Below are positions 8,726 to 20,090 of a stretch of DNA of 64,000 bases, piece after piece (positions within the stretch are counted from its first letter, which is position 1; every line of letters starts with the position of its first letter). This stretch comes from a bacterium (GTDB taxonomy: Bacteria; Bacteroidota; Ignavibacteria; Kapaibacteriales; Kapaibacteriaceae), in assembly GCA_036834845.1 (NCBI GenBank), contig DAITNB010000005.1, forward strand, positions 37,677-101,676, written 5' to 3'. Below the pieces are notes generated by a model. That model ran no database searches. It worked only from the letters and a program-made list of their open reading frames with translations, and was not told the DNA's origin. The position numbers were made by a program, and so were the translations under genes.

Positions 8726-11170
8726 TTACCGCACAAGCACCTTCTCTACTGCGCGTGTTCCACCACTCTCTACTACAACCACGTAGAGTCCGGCAGGGAC
8801 AAGTGTTCCCTGCATACTCTGCCTGTTCCAGAGTACTTCATTGGTACCCTTAAGAAGGGCAACCGTTTCGCCGGTGATCGTTACAATCCGTACGGTGAAC
8901 ACACCAGGGGTTGCACACAGAATCCGCAACTCGTCTACCATAGGATTCGGCACAACTCGTACTACACTGCTGCTGGTTGTTACCTCTTCGTCTACACTCG
9001 CCACCACCTCGCCCCTTGTAAGCACGAATGACGCATCTCCGGCATCGGTTTCGATCACGGCAACGGCATTCTCGGAAGTCTCCGTGAGTGTCTCGAAACA
9101 TACATCAATGGTTCCCTGCGCGGTAACATCGAGGGGAAGAGTAAGGTTGGAAACGTTCCTCCATGCAGACGCACCGGTGCCAGTGAGCCGTATTCTGCGG
9201 ACCGTTGTTGCTGCACATGGGAGCGGAATAGAGGTATTACATCTGCGATCTGCCGTTACACCTGCAGCAAACACTACGGTGTCTTTAACAAACTGCAGCC
9301 CCGTTTGAGACTGTCCAGTAATCTTGAAAATTCGTACGCCACTTTGCGCGAAGAAGCTTACAGAAGCGTTGAACGAGCCGGCCACCTTGGGCGTAACCAC
9401 AAAGCGCACGTTCCGCCGCTCGTTGGGTGCCAGTAGTAACGGAGCAACGATGTCGAGCACACTCACTATTGAGGGGGGCTGCGCACTGATGGATGTTATC
9501 GTAACGGGAGAACCACCTTCATTAATAAGCAGACCCACAATGGTGGTGTCGAGCACGCCGCAAGAGGCAAGAGAAGACACGATCAGTTCTTCGGAGGTAA
9601 GCTCTAGCTGACCCGGTCCGTCACTCGATGTTACCGTTACGATTACAGACTGCGTAGACACCGAGTCGCAAATATTTCCAAACCTACACGCATACGTTCC
9701 GGAGTCTGCGCGAGTCACCCGATTAATGCGAAATGTTCTCTGGTTTGCACCAGGTATGGCAACACCATTCTTTAACCATTGGAACGCAAGTTCTTCGCCC
9801 TTTGCTTCGAACGTGAGAACAAGTGTGTCGCCAGTTTTCAAACTCTTCCCAACGGGCTGTGTACGAATAGCCGGTGGTTCTACAACCGACAGTCTCGCTG
9901 CGTTAGTGGTTACCTCCGGAGCACACGATCCTCTGATGAAACAAGAGTAGTCGGCTTCTTCGAACTGCGTAACCTTGGTTAGCGTTAGCGACTTGCCCTG
10001 CTCTCCGGCAATGGGTTCGCCATTTCGTAGCCATACAAAAACAAGGTCGTTCCCCGTGGCGTCCACGGTGAAGGTAACATTTGCCCCCTCGCAAACAGAG
10101 CGGGTTAGAGGTTGCACGGTAATTACCGGCTTGCGTCCAATTGTTACTGTTGCCGCCTGAGATGTGCTGCTGCCACCGCATCCAAAAATCACGCAGTCAT
10201 AAACGCCGGCCTGCGCTTCGGTTGCTTGATTTATGGTTAGAATAGGGTTTGTTCCTCCGGGGATGTCCGTTCCGTTCTGTCGCCAACGATATTGTAACCC
10301 CGTGCCATTCGCACTTACCTGCAACTCCAGGGGTTTGCCTTCGCAGACCAACTTCGATGAAGGCTGAAGTGTTATCGTGGGCGACCCTACTACCGCAATT
10401 GGACCCATTCGTGCAATCTCGATTCCCGACGCAGGGTCAACCATTCGAACTGTGTAGTCGCCGGGTTCTTGCGCAGCCGGTATGGTATACGTTAGGGTTT
10501 CGTTGGCTGCCGTTACGGTGTTTCCAATTACATCGGTATTCGTAAATCCGTTGCGCGACCATTCGATTCGTACCGTGCCGAGGCCAGTTTGAGCCCAGGT
10601 AAAGGTGATAGCGTTACCTCTGCAGATGCTGGTACCGGGTGCCGGAGCGGTGAAGTTTGCGCCGGATACCGTGATGTTAATGTTACCTGTAACGTTCCAA
10701 TCGTCCGCATCTGTTTCTGCCCCGTCATTGTTCACGGCGTTGCCTGCCCCATTAAACGAATAGATCCCATGTGCAGCCGGAGCCGTCCACTGGTAGTCAA
10801 ATCGCGCCGCATTTCCCGCCATTGCCTTCTTACCATTGTGGGTAAGCTCATTATTGAGTATTTGTTGTCCAGCACCAGCGATAAATGTCCCGGCAGGCGC
10901 TGCATTCTGGCGCATACTCAGGTTAAATCCGGCGTATTGATTGTTCACGTTGCCGTGAGTAACCACAAACGTGTATGCGGCAGTTTGGCCGGCGCGCACC
11001 GTGCGTGGACCCTCGAGAACAACGCCCGCCGCCGCGGACTGTCCGCCATGACAATTGCCGCAACCAACAACGGACACTCCAGACATCCCTCCATTATGGG
11101 CATAACTCGTTGTGTGGGACAACACCGTGCAGATGGCTATTGTGATAACCGGCAAAAGCTTCGTTTTCAT
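8726..11170 (-). CDS. Large secreted cell-surface protein. It has a signal peptide, an N-terminal CGNCH (CXXCH) motif, at least three Ig I-set-like repeats and a C-terminal T9SS (Por) sorting domain.
   Basis: The signal peptide is MKTKLLPVITIAICTVL. The CXXCH motif sits in VVGCGNCHGG. Repeats of the type WxxNGxxI...LxIxxxxxxDxGxYxC occur three times. The C-terminus is VVPNPMVDELRIL...GLYVVVVESGG. Confidence 0.8.
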   Translation of the reverse strand: MKTKLLPVITIAICTVLSHTTSYAHNGGMSGVSVVGCGNCHGGQSAAAGVVLEGPRTVRAGQTAAYTFVVTHGNVNNQYAGFNLSMRQNAAPAGTFIAGAGQQILNNELTHNGKKAMAGNAARFDYQWTAPAAHGIYSFNGAGNAVNNDGAETDADDWNVTGNINITVSGANFTAPAPGTSICRGNAITFTWAQTGLGTVRIEWSRNGFTNTDVIGNTVTAANETLTYTIPAAQEPGDYTVRMVDPASGIEIARMGPIAVVGSPTITLQPSSKLVCEGKPLELQVSANGTGLQYRWRQNGTDIPGGTNPILTINQATEAQAGVYDCVIFGCGGSSTSQAATVTIGRKPVITVQPLTRSVCEGANVTFTVDATGNDLVFVWLRNGEPIAGEQGKSLTLTKVTQFEEADYSCFIRGSCAPEVTTNAARLSVVEPPAIRTQPVGKSLKTGDTLVLTFEAKGEELAFQWLKNGVAIPGANQRTFRINRVTRADSGTYACRFGNICDSVSTQSVIVTVTSSDGPGQLELTSEELIVSSLASCGVLDTTIVGLLINEGGSPVTITSISAQPPSIVSVLDIVAPLLLAPNERRNVRFVVTPKVAGSFNASVSFFAQSGVRIFKITGQSQTGLQFVKDTVVFAAGVTADRRCNTSIPLPCAATTVRRIRLTGTGASAWRNVSNLTLPLDVTAQGTIDVCFETLTETSENAVAVIETDAGDASFVLTRGEVVASVDEEVTTSSSVVRVVPNPMVDELRILCATPGVFTVRIVTITGETVALLKGTNEVLWNRQSMQGTLVPAGLYVVVVESGGTRAVEKVLVR

Positions 11171-11194
11171 CGTTGGGACTCCAAGTGTAGAGGG

Positions 11195-11231
11195 CCAAAA
11201 TACAAAGGGTCGGCGGTGTTCCGCCGACCCT
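11195..11231 (-). terminator. Rho-independent terminator downstream of the YceI gene
   Basis: The hairpin is AGGGTCGGCGG-TGTT-CCGCCGACCCT. On the minus strand it is followed by the T-rich TTTGTATTTT. Confidence 0.6.
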
Positions 11232-11254
11232 TCTTTATGTCTTTGTGATTCCGT

Positions 11255-11902
11255 TTACGAATTCGCAAACAGCTTGGCATTTACAGCAATTGTTTCACCT
11301 ACACTCTTGCCAACTACACCGGCCTTACCCGTTACCTTGTGGTCTGCCAGAGCCACTGTAAACGAGGTTTCTACCATGATAAGTGTGCCCGAGGCGCGCT
11401 TCTTTGTTTCGGCGGATTCTGGGATAACCGTAATGGAAACCGGTGCGGTGGCTGACTTGGTTACTCCATGGCAGGTAAAGGTTCCCACTGCCGTTGCTGT
11501 AACTACAGACTTTCCGTCCTTCGTTGTAACCTTTACGTCCTTCAGACTCGACACCGCAAATGAAATGGTTGGGAATTGCTCTGCATCAAGCCACATCGGA
11601 CTATACATGTGCTCGTCTCGCTTGGAGTTCGCAGTGGTCATTGTGCTTACGCGTACCTCAATTACGCCCGTTGTTACTTCAATCTTCGACGCATCGAAGG
11701 TGAAAGAACCTGAAACTCCATCAGCGGTACCTTCGATCTTCTCCGCAGGGGCATCCGAGACAAACACCACGGAGTTCTTGCCAACGGCGTTATTGAGCGT
11801 GTATTTCTTACTTCCGGAAGCAACACCCGGCAAGTTGGCGGCAGTGGATGCCGTTGCTGCTACAAGGGCAATAACGGCGAGGGTTGTGGTGAATATGCGC
11901 AT
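11255..11902 (-). CDS. YceI-family periplasmic (polyisoprenoid-binding) protein
   Basis: It has a signal peptide and YceI-like spacing of G/T/V-rich beta strands. The length is 215 aa. Confidence 0.65.
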   Translation of the reverse strand: MRIFTTTLAVIALVAATASTAANLPGVASGSKKYTLNNAVGKNSVVFVSDAPAEKIEGTADGVSGSFTFDASKIEVTTGVIEVRVSTMTTANSKRDEHMYSPMWLDAEQFPTISFAVSSLKDVKVTTKDGKSVVTATAVGTFTCHGVTKSATAPVSITVIPESAETKKRASGTLIMVETSFTVALADHKVTGKAGVVGKSVGETIAVNAKLFANS

Positions 11903-11932
11903 GGAAAGATTCCCTTTGGGGTGAATGTGTGT

Positions 11933-13063
11933 TTACACACGCAATTTACGCATAACGTCCGAAAGTATTGTAACAGCCGATCGGATCTCCTCCAGCGTGT
12001 TCTGCCGAGACACAGAAATCCGTACTGCCGCCTTTGCCTCAGCAGCCGGTCTGCCCATGGCTAAAAGCACGTGGGAGGGCTGCAAACTGCCCGAAACACA
12101 GGCCGATCCGTTCGAAACCGCCACGCCCATCATATCCATCCGCTGAAGTATTGCTTCTCCATCTAGCTGTTCCGCATCCGTAAAGGACACATTGAGAATG
12201 TTTGGCAAACGCTCCTCATCCGGTGTGTTTACGTGAACACCCGGAATCTCCGCCACAATAATCTCGCGTGCCACGTTCACCAGTTCCTGCATGTGGCTAC
12301 GGTTACGTTCTTGCTCTTCAATAGCCAGGCGCACGGCCTCGGCAAATCCAACGATAAGCGCTACGGGCTCTGTACCAGCCCTACGGTTGCGCTCCTGCCC
12401 GCCCCCTACCTGGTGCGCCTTAAAGTCTATGCCCTTGCGAATGAAAAGCGCACCCACCCCCTTGGGTCCGTGAATCTTGTGGGCAGACATCGTTAGGAAG
12501 TCTACCCCGAGTTCGGAAACGTTCACCGGAATCTTCCCAAATGATTGCACGGCATCGGTGTGGAGGTAGATATTTGGACAGGTGGTACGAATCTGGGAAA
12601 GGGGCTGAATAACACCAGTTTCGTTGTTGGCGTGCATTACCGAAATCAGAGTTGCCGGTGTGTTATAGGCCGCAAGATCTTCGGGCCTTACGCGACCCTG
12701 GGCGTTAACAGGCGCTACATGAACATTGGCACCGATGCTATGCAGATACTCCGCAGGCGCAAGCACCGCATGGTGTTCTGTTGCAGACACCACAAGGGTG
12801 TTGGCAAGGTGCGACTCTCCGAGGCAACTCCGTAGAACAGCGTTATTGGACTCCGTGCCACCACTCGTAAAGGTAATTTCTGCCGGATGGGCGTGGATAG
12901 ACTCGGCAACCACCTTGCGGGCGTGCTCGATGGCAACACGGGCAGAACGTCCCAGCTCGTAGATACTTGATGCGTTCCCATACCCATCCTGCAGCCATGG
13001 TAGCATGGCCTGGAGTACCCGTGGGTCGAGCGGCGTTGTTGCCGAGTTATCGAGGTATATCAC
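11933..13063 (-). CDS. Cysteine desulfurase (NifS/IscS class V aminotransferase)
   Basis: The N-terminus is MIYLDNSATTPLDPRVL. The PLP Lys region LTMSAHKIHGPKGVGAL and the active-site Cys loop SNGSAC are both present. Confidence 0.9.
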   Translation of the reverse strand: MIYLDNSATTPLDPRVLQAMLPWLQDGYGNASSIYELGRSARVAIEHARKVVAESIHAHPAEITFTSGGTESNNAVLRSCLGESHLANTLVVSATEHHAVLAPAEYLHSIGANVHVAPVNAQGRVRPEDLAAYNTPATLISVMHANNETGVIQPLSQIRTTCPNIYLHTDAVQSFGKIPVNVSELGVDFLTMSAHKIHGPKGVGALFIRKGIDFKAHQVGGGQERNRRAGTEPVALIVGFAEAVRLAIEEQERNRSHMQELVNVAREIIVAEIPGVHVNTPDEERLPNILNVSFTDAEQLDGEAILQRMDMMGVAVSNGSACVSGSLQPSHVLLAMGRPAAEAKAAVRISVSRQNTLEEIRSAVTILSDVMRKLRV

Positions 13064-13359
13064 GACAAACGTCCATACCCCTTATAGAGGTCGAATTTTG
13101 CGCTATAGAGAACGATGTTCATGTTGGAATCGCGCAGCGTTCCACCCGACGGCGAGTAATAAAACTCTGCAAGTGTTTCTGTGGGCTCGCGAGCAATGAG
13201 GCCCACATCGTCCACATAGAACCGTAATATCCGGTAGCCAAGGTGTTCGGTGGCCTGCTGTGCCTGGAGTAACAGATTGTCGGGCGTGAATAGATAGAGA
13301 TCGGACATCCTGTCGAGACGTATGTGGAGTGAATATCGCGTTCGGTTTTGGGGTGCCAC
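13060..13359 (-). CDS. Hypothetical small protein (99 aa) overlapping the cysteine desulfurase start by about 4 nt
   Basis: It is an ORF with start/stop overlap to nifS. I found no recognisable motif. An internal Met (MSDLYLF) gives an alternative start. Confidence 0.4.
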   Translation of the reverse strand: MAPQNRTRYSLHIRLDRMSDLYLFTPDNLLLQAQQATEHLGYRILRFYVDDVGLIAREPTETLAEFYYSPSGGTLRDSNMNIVLYSAKFDLYKGYGRLS

Positions 13360-13457
13360 GAATTTAGGAAGTATTTTTGCAGGCTTTGGCTATAGCTGTG
13401 TAGCACCAAATACGGTGGCAACACGTCAAAGCCGCATTCCTCACGTTCAGTACTCCC

Positions 13458-16400
13458 ATGCTCAAGTTCCTACAATCGATTCTCGGCGGCTCGAAGCACG
13501 ACAAAGATGTAAAGGCACTCCGCCCGATTGTTGACCAGATCAACGCCATTTACGAAACATACTCTTCGTTGTCCGACGAGCAGTTGCGCGGCAAAACCGA
13601 TGAGTTTCGCGAGCGCATCGCAGAATCGGTGGCCTCCCTCGTGGAAGAGGCCACTGCAATTCGCGAACGGCTGCGAACAGACCTTACCATTGAACATGCA
13701 GAGCGTTCAGATCTCTACGCGCGCATTTCTGCGAACGAACGCGAGCAGTTCGAAACCGTTCAAGCTGCGCTCGACGAAATTCTGCCCGAGGCCTTTGCTG
13801 CGGTTAAAGAAACCTGTAGGCGTCTTGTAGGCCACACCTACATGGTGGTTGGAAACGAAGTAACGTGGGACATGGTGCCGTATGATGTTCAGTTGATAGG
13901 GGGCATTGTATTGCACCAAGGGAAAATTGCGGAAATGGGTACTGGTGAAGGTAAAACACTTGTGTCTACTCTTCCGATGTACCTTAATGCACTTGCCGGA
14001 CGTGGCGTTCATCTAGTAACTGTAAACGATTACCTGGCCCGCCGGGACCGCGAGTGGATGCGTCCGATCTTCGACCGCCTGGGAATCGTAACCGGGTGTA
14101 TCCAGTCCGAGATGCGTCCAGAGCAACGTCTCGAACAGTATGCTGCAGACATCACGTGGGGAACAAATAACGAATTCGGTTTCGACTACTTGCGAGACAA
14201 CATGGTGAACGATGCATCAGACATGGTGCAGCGCGGACATTGGTTTGCCATCGTGGACGAAGTAGACTCTGTGTTGATCGACGAAGCCAGAACGCCCCTT
14301 ATCATATCGGGTCCGGTTACCGCCGGCTCTACCGAGCAGGCATTTGTAGAGATGAAGCCCCGCGTACAACGTTTGGTAGACGCGCAAGCGCGTTTGGTGA
14401 ACGGATTGGTTGCCGAGGCCGAACGCCTGTTAGGCAGCACTGCAAAGGAAGATCGCGAGAAGGCCGGCATGGCCTTATTGCGCTCCAACAGAGGTATGCC
14501 AAAGCAGAGCAAGTTGATGAAGCTTCTGCAAGACCCAGACAATCTTAAACTCATGCGCGACACCGAGCTGGACTACCTTAAAGAGCAAGGCCAGCGCATG
14601 CAGATCATCGATCAGGAGTTGTTCTTTACTGTTGACGAGAAGAACCATCAGATTGATCTAAGCGATAAAGGCAGAGAACTGCTCTCTACGGCTCAGGAAG
14701 ACGTAGAGATGTTTGTGATACCCGATATCGCAACACAAATGAGTGCGCTCGAAGGAGACGCATCTATTGGCGCGGATGAAAAAACACTGCGTCGAGACGA
14801 ACTCATGCGCGTGTTCTCCGATCGGTCGGACAGAATTCACATTGTAAACCAACTTCTCCGCGCCTATGCATTGTATGTGCGAGATGACGAGTACGTGGTT
14901 CAAGATGGCAAAATCAAAATCGTAGACGAGTTTACCGGCCGTATCCTCGAAGGTAGGCGGTATTCGGACGGACTCCACCAAGCAATTGAGGCTAAAGAAG
15001 GCGTGTTTGTGCAAGAAGACACACAAACATTCGCAACCGTAACGCTTCAGAACTACTTCCGCCTGTATCACAAACTTGCCGGCATGACCGGTACCGCCGA
15101 AACAGAAGCCGCCGAATTCTGGCAGATCTATAAGCTGGATGTAGTTGCTATCCCTACAAACCGTCCGGTACAACGCAAAGACCTCGACGATTTTATCTAC
15201 CGCACGAAACGCGAAAAGTACAACGCCGTTGTAGAGGCAGTTCAGGCAGAACTTGCAAAGGGGCGAGCAGTACTCGTTGGTACTACTAGCGTTGAAGTAT
15301 CCGAGCTCTTAAGTAAGATGCTTAAGCGGGCCGGAGTAAACCACAACGTACTTAACGCCAAGCAGCACCAACGCGAAGCCGAGATTGTTGCAAACGCCGG
15401 CAAACGTGGCGCGGTAATGATTGCCACAAACATGGCCGGACGGGGTACAGACATTAAACTTGATGCCGACGTAAAAGCTGCCGGCGGCCTTGCCATTATT
15501 GGTACCGAACGCCACGAGGCACGCCGCATCGATCGTCAGTTGCGCGGTAGGGCAGGACGCCAGGGCGACCCCGGTTCGTCGCAGTTCTTCATTTCGCTGG
15601 AAGACGACCTTATGCGGTTGTTCGGCGGAGAGCGTATTGCCGCGGTGATGCAGAGACTCAAAGTGCCAGATGGCGAACCAATTCAGAGTCCGCTTGTAAC
15701 ACGCTCAGTCGAAAACGCACAGAAGAAGGTAGAGTCGAATAACTTTGGTGTTCGCAAGCGCCTGCTCGAATACGACAATGTAATGAATCAGCAGCGCGAA
15801 GTGATCTACGACCGTCGGCGCCACGCACTTATGGGCGAACGATTGCGCAGCGAGATACTCGAGTACGTACGCGAACTGGCAGAGGTTTGGTACGACGAGT
15901 ACCGAGAGCTGGGCACCGCAGAAGACTTTGCTAACGAAGTGCGAGTGTCTATGCTCTGCGACCCTCGCATTACAGACAACGAATTCACAAGCCTACGGAA
16001 AGAAGAAATCGTTCAACGCGTGGTGGATGCTGCCGAAGAGTATTACGACCGCAAGGAATCAATGCTAGGCCACGAGTTCATGTCTGCATTGGAGCGCATC
16101 GCGGCTCTTCGATCCATCGACGATGAATGGCGCGAACATCTCCGTAGTATGGACGACCTAAAGGAAGGTATCTACCTACGGGCGTACGGTCAGAAAGACC
16201 CCATTCTGGAGTACAAACAAGAAGCGTACAAGGTGTTTCTCGAACTCATCACGCAGATTAACAAGGCAACCGTTTCGTTTGCATTCAAGTACTTCCCGCA
16301 GGCTGCCGCCGAGCAGCGTCCCGCAGCTCCGGTACTAAAGCCAACCGTAACTCCTACGCGCCATCTGCAGTTCTCACACCCTAGCGCTACGTCTGCCCCC

Positions 16401-16565
16401 TTAGGTGCCGATCCAAACGCGCAAGCGAGCCATCACTCGGCAAATGCCAACACGGTTCGAAACACCGGCAAAGAAGTTGGTCGCAACGAGTTATGTCCGT
16501 GTGGATCTGGCAAGAAGTTCAAGGCCTGCCATGGCTTGAACGGCGACACCACCTACTCAGGATAA
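13458..16565 (+). CDS. secA: Preprotein translocase ATPase SecA
   Basis: The N-terminus is MLKFLQSILGGSKHDKDVKALRPIVDQIN. DEAD-like motors are present. The C-terminal zinc finger is CPCGSGKKFKACHG. Confidence 0.97.
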   Translation: MLKFLQSILGGSKHDKDVKALRPIVDQINAIYETYSSLSDEQLRGKTDEFRERIAESVASLVEEATAIRERLRTDLTIEHAERSDLYARISANEREQFETVQAALDEILPEAFAAVKETCRRLVGHTYMVVGNEVTWDMVPYDVQLIGGIVLHQGKIAEMGTGEGKTLVSTLPMYLNALAGRGVHLVTVNDYLARRDREWMRPIFDRLGIVTGCIQSEMRPEQRLEQYAADITWGTNNEFGFDYLRDNMVNDASDMVQRGHWFAIVDEVDSVLIDEARTPLIISGPVTAGSTEQAFVEMKPRVQRLVDAQARLVNGLVAEAERLLGSTAKEDREKAGMALLRSNRGMPKQSKLMKLLQDPDNLKLMRDTELDYLKEQGQRMQIIDQELFFTVDEKNHQIDLSDKGRELLSTAQEDVEMFVIPDIATQMSALEGDASIGADEKTLRRDELMRVFSDRSDRIHIVNQLLRAYALYVRDDEYVVQDGKIKIVDEFTGRILEGRRYSDGLHQAIEAKEGVFVQEDTQTFATVTLQNYFRLYHKLAGMTGTAETEAAEFWQIYKLDVVAIPTNRPVQRKDLDDFIYRTKREKYNAVVEAVQAELAKGRAVLVGTTSVEVSELLSKMLKRAGVNHNVLNAKQHQREAEIVANAGKRGAVMIATNMAGRGTDIKLDADVKAAGGLAIIGTERHEARRIDRQLRGRAGRQGDPGSSQFFISLEDDLMRLFGGERIAAVMQRLKVPDGEPIQSPLVTRSVENAQKKVESNNFGVRKRLLEYDNVMNQQREVIYDRRRHALMGERLRSEILEYVRELAEVWYDEYRELGTAEDFANEVRVSMLCDPRITDNEFTSLRKEEIVQRVVDAAEEYYDRKESMLGHEFMSALERIAALRSIDDEWREHLRSMDDLKEGIYLRAYGQKDPILEYKQEAYKVFLELITQINKATVSFAFKYFPQAAAEQRPAAPVLKPTVTPTRHLQFSHPSATSAPLGADPNAQASHHSANANTVRNTGKEVGRNELCPCGSGKKFKACHGLNGDTTYSG

Positions 16566-17720
16566 TCATTCTACACGTGCTCCATCCTCCAGCGACTCTG
16601 GAGGGTGGAGTATCACTGTTTCGCCGCGCCGGAGTCCGGCCGTAATGGATGTTTGCAGTGCCGACCGCGGTCCGAGAGTTACATCACGGCGTTGCGCTTT
16701 TCCATCGTCTACAACGAACGTGTACCATGCATCACCATTGCGCACCAATGCACTAAGTGGCACTGTAACTGCCTCGGCATTTTCCCACAACACAATTGAT
16801 GCGTCTACCTTATATGCATCTCCGAGCAATGCCGATGGTGTTTCCACCATTGCAATCACATCTACTCTCTTTTCTTCTACACCCAGAGAGCTAACCTTCG
16901 TGCGCGCAGCGGGTTCAATGCGTCGAACAGTAGCGCGCAACGTATCTTCGCCGCCCCACTGAGTTACAAGCACTACGTGTCCAACTCGCACACGCACAGC
17001 GTCTGTGCTTAACACATCTATCACAAGCTCTTGCACGGCGGGATCACCTACTTCGAGAAGAGGAGTTCCAGCGGGAAGTGTGCGCTCATTTTCCTCGAAT
17101 CGGCGCAGTACAACGCCTCCTACAGGCGAATAAATCTCTATGCGCTGACCCGGTTGCGCCGCAAGTGAGGCACGTGCCGCCTTAGCTTCGAAGTCCGCGA
17201 TGGAGATTCGCGACAATAACGCTTCCCTCTCTCTCTGAAGTTGAACCATGGCGTCGCGAGCATTCTCTGCCTGTTCCTTTGGTACTGCACCATTTGTTAA
17301 CAAACGTTGCATCCGTTCGTTGCGTCGAATACTCTGTTCCAACTGCGGCTCTATTGCCGATAACCGCTGGCGTGCCTCTGTTACCACAATGGTAGCGGCT
17401 TCCGACCGTGCATTTGCCTCGGCACGCTGACGTGCGTCCATGGGAGGGGGCAGGTACCATGCCACAACCTGACCCACCTGAACAGTGTCTCCGGGTTCGA
17501 GGGCTATTCGTTGAACCAATCCGGTACTGGGCATGGAGATCGTGGTGCGGTTTGCATACCGAACACGTGCCTCGGCATCTATGGATTGCCGAAGCATTCC
17601 GATTGACACCACGGAAGTCTCTACGCGGATGGGCTTGGGCAAGAGACTAATGATGATGAAGCCCACTACCACTACTGCGGTAATGATCCATCCGAGATGT
17701 TTGGGTTTCCGAATTCGCAT
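16566..17720 (-). CDS. HlyD-family periplasmic adaptor (membrane fusion protein) of the tripartite ABC exporter
   Basis: It has one N-terminal transmembrane segment, then coiled-coil and beta-barrel segments. It lies 2 nt downstream of the FtsX permease. Confidence 0.8.
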   Translation of the reverse strand: MRIRKPKHLGWIITAVVVVGFIIISLLPKPIRVETSVVSIGMLRQSIDAEARVRYANRTTISMPSTGLVQRIALEPGDTVQVGQVVAWYLPPPMDARQRAEANARSEAATIVVTEARQRLSAIEPQLEQSIRRNERMQRLLTNGAVPKEQAENARDAMVQLQREREALLSRISIADFEAKAARASLAAQPGQRIEIYSPVGGVVLRRFEENERTLPAGTPLLEVGDPAVQELVIDVLSTDAVRVRVGHVVLVTQWGGEDTLRATVRRIEPAARTKVSSLGVEEKRVDVIAMVETPSALLGDAYKVDASIVLWENAEAVTVPLSALVRNGDAWYTFVVDDGKAQRRDVTLGPRSALQTSITAGLRRGETVILHPPESLEDGARVE

Positions 17721-17722
17721 AG

Positions 17723-20086
17723 TTATTCGCGTGTTTTTAGCACGGCAATGAGATCGAGAGTGTTTAGTCTGCGGCGAATAAAGAGTCCACTAACAATTGC
17801 CACGATAACAATTATCAGTGTGCCGGTTCCAAGGTTCTTCGAAGAAATGAGGAAGGGAAATCGGAATAGGTCTGTTGCCAAAGCATCAGGCAGCGTAGAT
17901 GCTAGAGCCGTGCCTAGGAGCATGCCTAATGGCAGTGCCACAAGAGTGAGAATGCCTTGCTCCCCAAAGAGCACCACAGCAATCTCGGTTTTCGTAAAGC
18001 CGAGTACGCGTAAACTCGCGAGTTCGTTACCACGTTCAGAAAGTGCGATACGTGCGGAATTGTACACAACACCGAAGGCAATAATGGCTGCAAAGGCCAC
18101 TAAATATGCCGATGACACATCCATGTTTTCTTTGTAGTTCTCGTCGAAGCTCTTCATTGCAACAGAGCGCAACATCACTCCCGCAATTGCTGGCGTGTTC
18201 TTAACGGCGGCATAGAACTTGTCTAACTCTTTGGCATCAACACGCAAGTAGGCACCACTTACGCTACCCTGCTCGCGAAGGAAGGTATTTAGCGATGATG
18301 ACAGCATGTATACCTGCACACCCATCATCTCATCTACCAGCGCAGAAACGAGCATGCTCGCTTCTCTTCTGTCGCCCTCGAGCAGAGTTACCTGAACAGT
18401 ATCACCTATTCTGGCGCCCATATTTCTGGCGAGGAAGGAAGACATAGTAAGCCCGGTGTCCGCAACTGTTACGGGAATGCCGTCCATAGTTACCAAACGG
18501 TGCATGCGTGCCTCCGGTGTAACACCAACGATGGCTGTACGCTTTACATGGCTTCCATACCGAATGTCCGCTGGAGTTGCGCGAAACGCCTCTACGGTTA
18601 CTACACCCGGCAGGGAGTATAAATCGTACACTGCCTGCGGCGATCGCGGCATCACGAAGGTTATCATCGCATCTTCTCGAGATGCCCTGTTAAACTGAAC
18701 GTCAATTATAGTGTCGAACATTTCGAACATGTATCTGCCTACCACTAACACCGTCATTGCCAATGCAATGGAAAACACGCCAACAGTAGCCCGTATCGGT
18801 CTGCGCATGATATTTCGCAATATCATGCGCATCACAGGATCGAGGTTTCGAAGAAAGGCCAAACGTTCTAACACTCCGGCTTTGTATCGTGCTGGCGCTT
18901 CTGGACGCATTGCGTCGGCAGGAGGTAGTCGTAGCGCTGTGCGGACGGCTCCTAGCGCTCCTAATGTTGCAGCAATCATACTAATTGCGATAGCACCAAG
19001 AATCACACCCTCGGGCATGTCGAATCGCAGAACCGGAAAACGATAGAACCGCGTGTAGAGCGTAACCAGCCAGTCGCCAATAACATATCCGCCAGCTAAC
19101 CCAACAACAGTACCGCCCGCTACCGATACTATACCGAAGCCCACGTAATGAATGGCAATCTGCGTGTTAGAGTACCCGAACGCCTTGAGAATAGCAATGT
19201 ACATGCGTTGCGTACCAACTAATCGCAGCAGAGCAATGTTGAGAAGAAAAATAGCTACACCGAGAAATATCGTGGGAACGATCACTGCCTGTGCCTGAAG
19301 CTGCGCAATTTCGTCGCTAAGAAACCGGTGTGATATCTGGTCTTCTCGTCCAATGGCGCCGGTAGATCCATACGGTTTAAGTATTACATCGATCGCCTCG
19401 ATTACGCTGCGTTCGTTAGCGCCATACTCTAACCGAATTGATGCACTATTGAATGCCCCCTTCATATCGTAGGCAGCAGAGAGCGCCTCTCGACCCATCC
19501 ACATAATCCCGTATCTCTTATTGTCTATCATAAAGGTTCCGGGCCGCACCTCGAGAACATGCTCTGGAGAGAGGGCTGTTGCAACAACTGTTAACCATCG
19601 CTTTCTACCATTTATGATTGCCGCAAATCTGTCGCCCTCGGTAAACCCGTTGGCGTCTGCAAAGGCGGTAGATACCATCACTTCGTTATCGGAGCCCGGA
19701 CGTATCCAACGGCCGCTTCGAATATGCAGCTTATTGAGAAGGGGCTGCCCATTCTCTGGAACACTCACGATAACCCCGCTTGCGGGGTCCGACAGTCCGG
19801 GCACATCCAGCATCACCTCTGTTACCACCCGTGTCTCAACACCAGCTACTCCTCCCACCGATGCCAGGCGCATCTGTATACTTTCTGGAACGCGGCGTGC
19901 ATTTACAAACACATCTGCGAACTGCGACGCTTCGTAATACGCCTGCTGGGTTAACACCAACGATGCGTGCACACTGCGAAACGCCACAAAATTGGCAACA
20001 CCTGCTCCTACCACTAACACTATCGCGAGTATCTGACCACGGAGGTGGCGGATTTCTCGAAACAGCTTCTTTGTTAGGGCCTGCAT
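17723..20086 (-). CDS. ABC exporter permease with duplicated FtsX domains (YbbP/MacB-like, ~787 aa)
   Basis: There are two FtsX-like 4-TM modules separated by large periplasmic domains. I place the start at Met29 (20086), which leaves 4 nt to the ATPase stop. Confidence 0.85.
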   Translation of the reverse strand: MQALTKKLFREIRHLRGQILAIVLVVGAGVANFVAFRSVHASLVLTQQAYYEASQFADVFVNARRVPESIQMRLASVGGVAGVETRVVTEVMLDVPGLSDPASGVIVSVPENGQPLLNKLHIRSGRWIRPGSDNEVMVSTAFADANGFTEGDRFAAIINGRKRWLTVVATALSPEHVLEVRPGTFMIDNKRYGIMWMGREALSAAYDMKGAFNSASIRLEYGANERSVIEAIDVILKPYGSTGAIGREDQISHRFLSDEIAQLQAQAVIVPTIFLGVAIFLLNIALLRLVGTQRMYIAILKAFGYSNTQIAIHYVGFGIVSVAGGTVVGLAGGYVIGDWLVTLYTRFYRFPVLRFDMPEGVILGAIAISMIAATLGALGAVRTALRLPPADAMRPEAPARYKAGVLERLAFLRNLDPVMRMILRNIMRRPIRATVGVFSIALAMTVLVVGRYMFEMFDTIIDVQFNRASREDAMITFVMPRSPQAVYDLYSLPGVVTVEAFRATPADIRYGSHVKRTAIVGVTPEARMHRLVTMDGIPVTVADTGLTMSSFLARNMGARIGDTVQVTLLEGDRREASMLVSALVDEMMGVQVYMLSSSLNTFLREQGSVSGAYLRVDAKELDKFYAAVKNTPAIAGVMLRSVAMKSFDENYKENMDVSSAYLVAFAAIIAFGVVYNSARIALSERGNELASLRVLGFTKTEIAVVLFGEQGILTLVALPLGMLLGTALASTLPDALATDLFRFPFLISSKNLGTGTLIIVIVAIVSGLFIRRRLNTLDLIAVLKTRE

Positions 20087-20090
20087 ACGT

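Noticed and set aside
8841-11924. Several 150-270-aa antisense ORFs (8841..9308, 10589..11248, 11112..11924) opposite the Ig-like protein and YceI genes
   Set aside because: They lie entirely within well-supported genes on the other strand. Their composition is low-complexity Thr/Ser/Val-rich mirror sequence.
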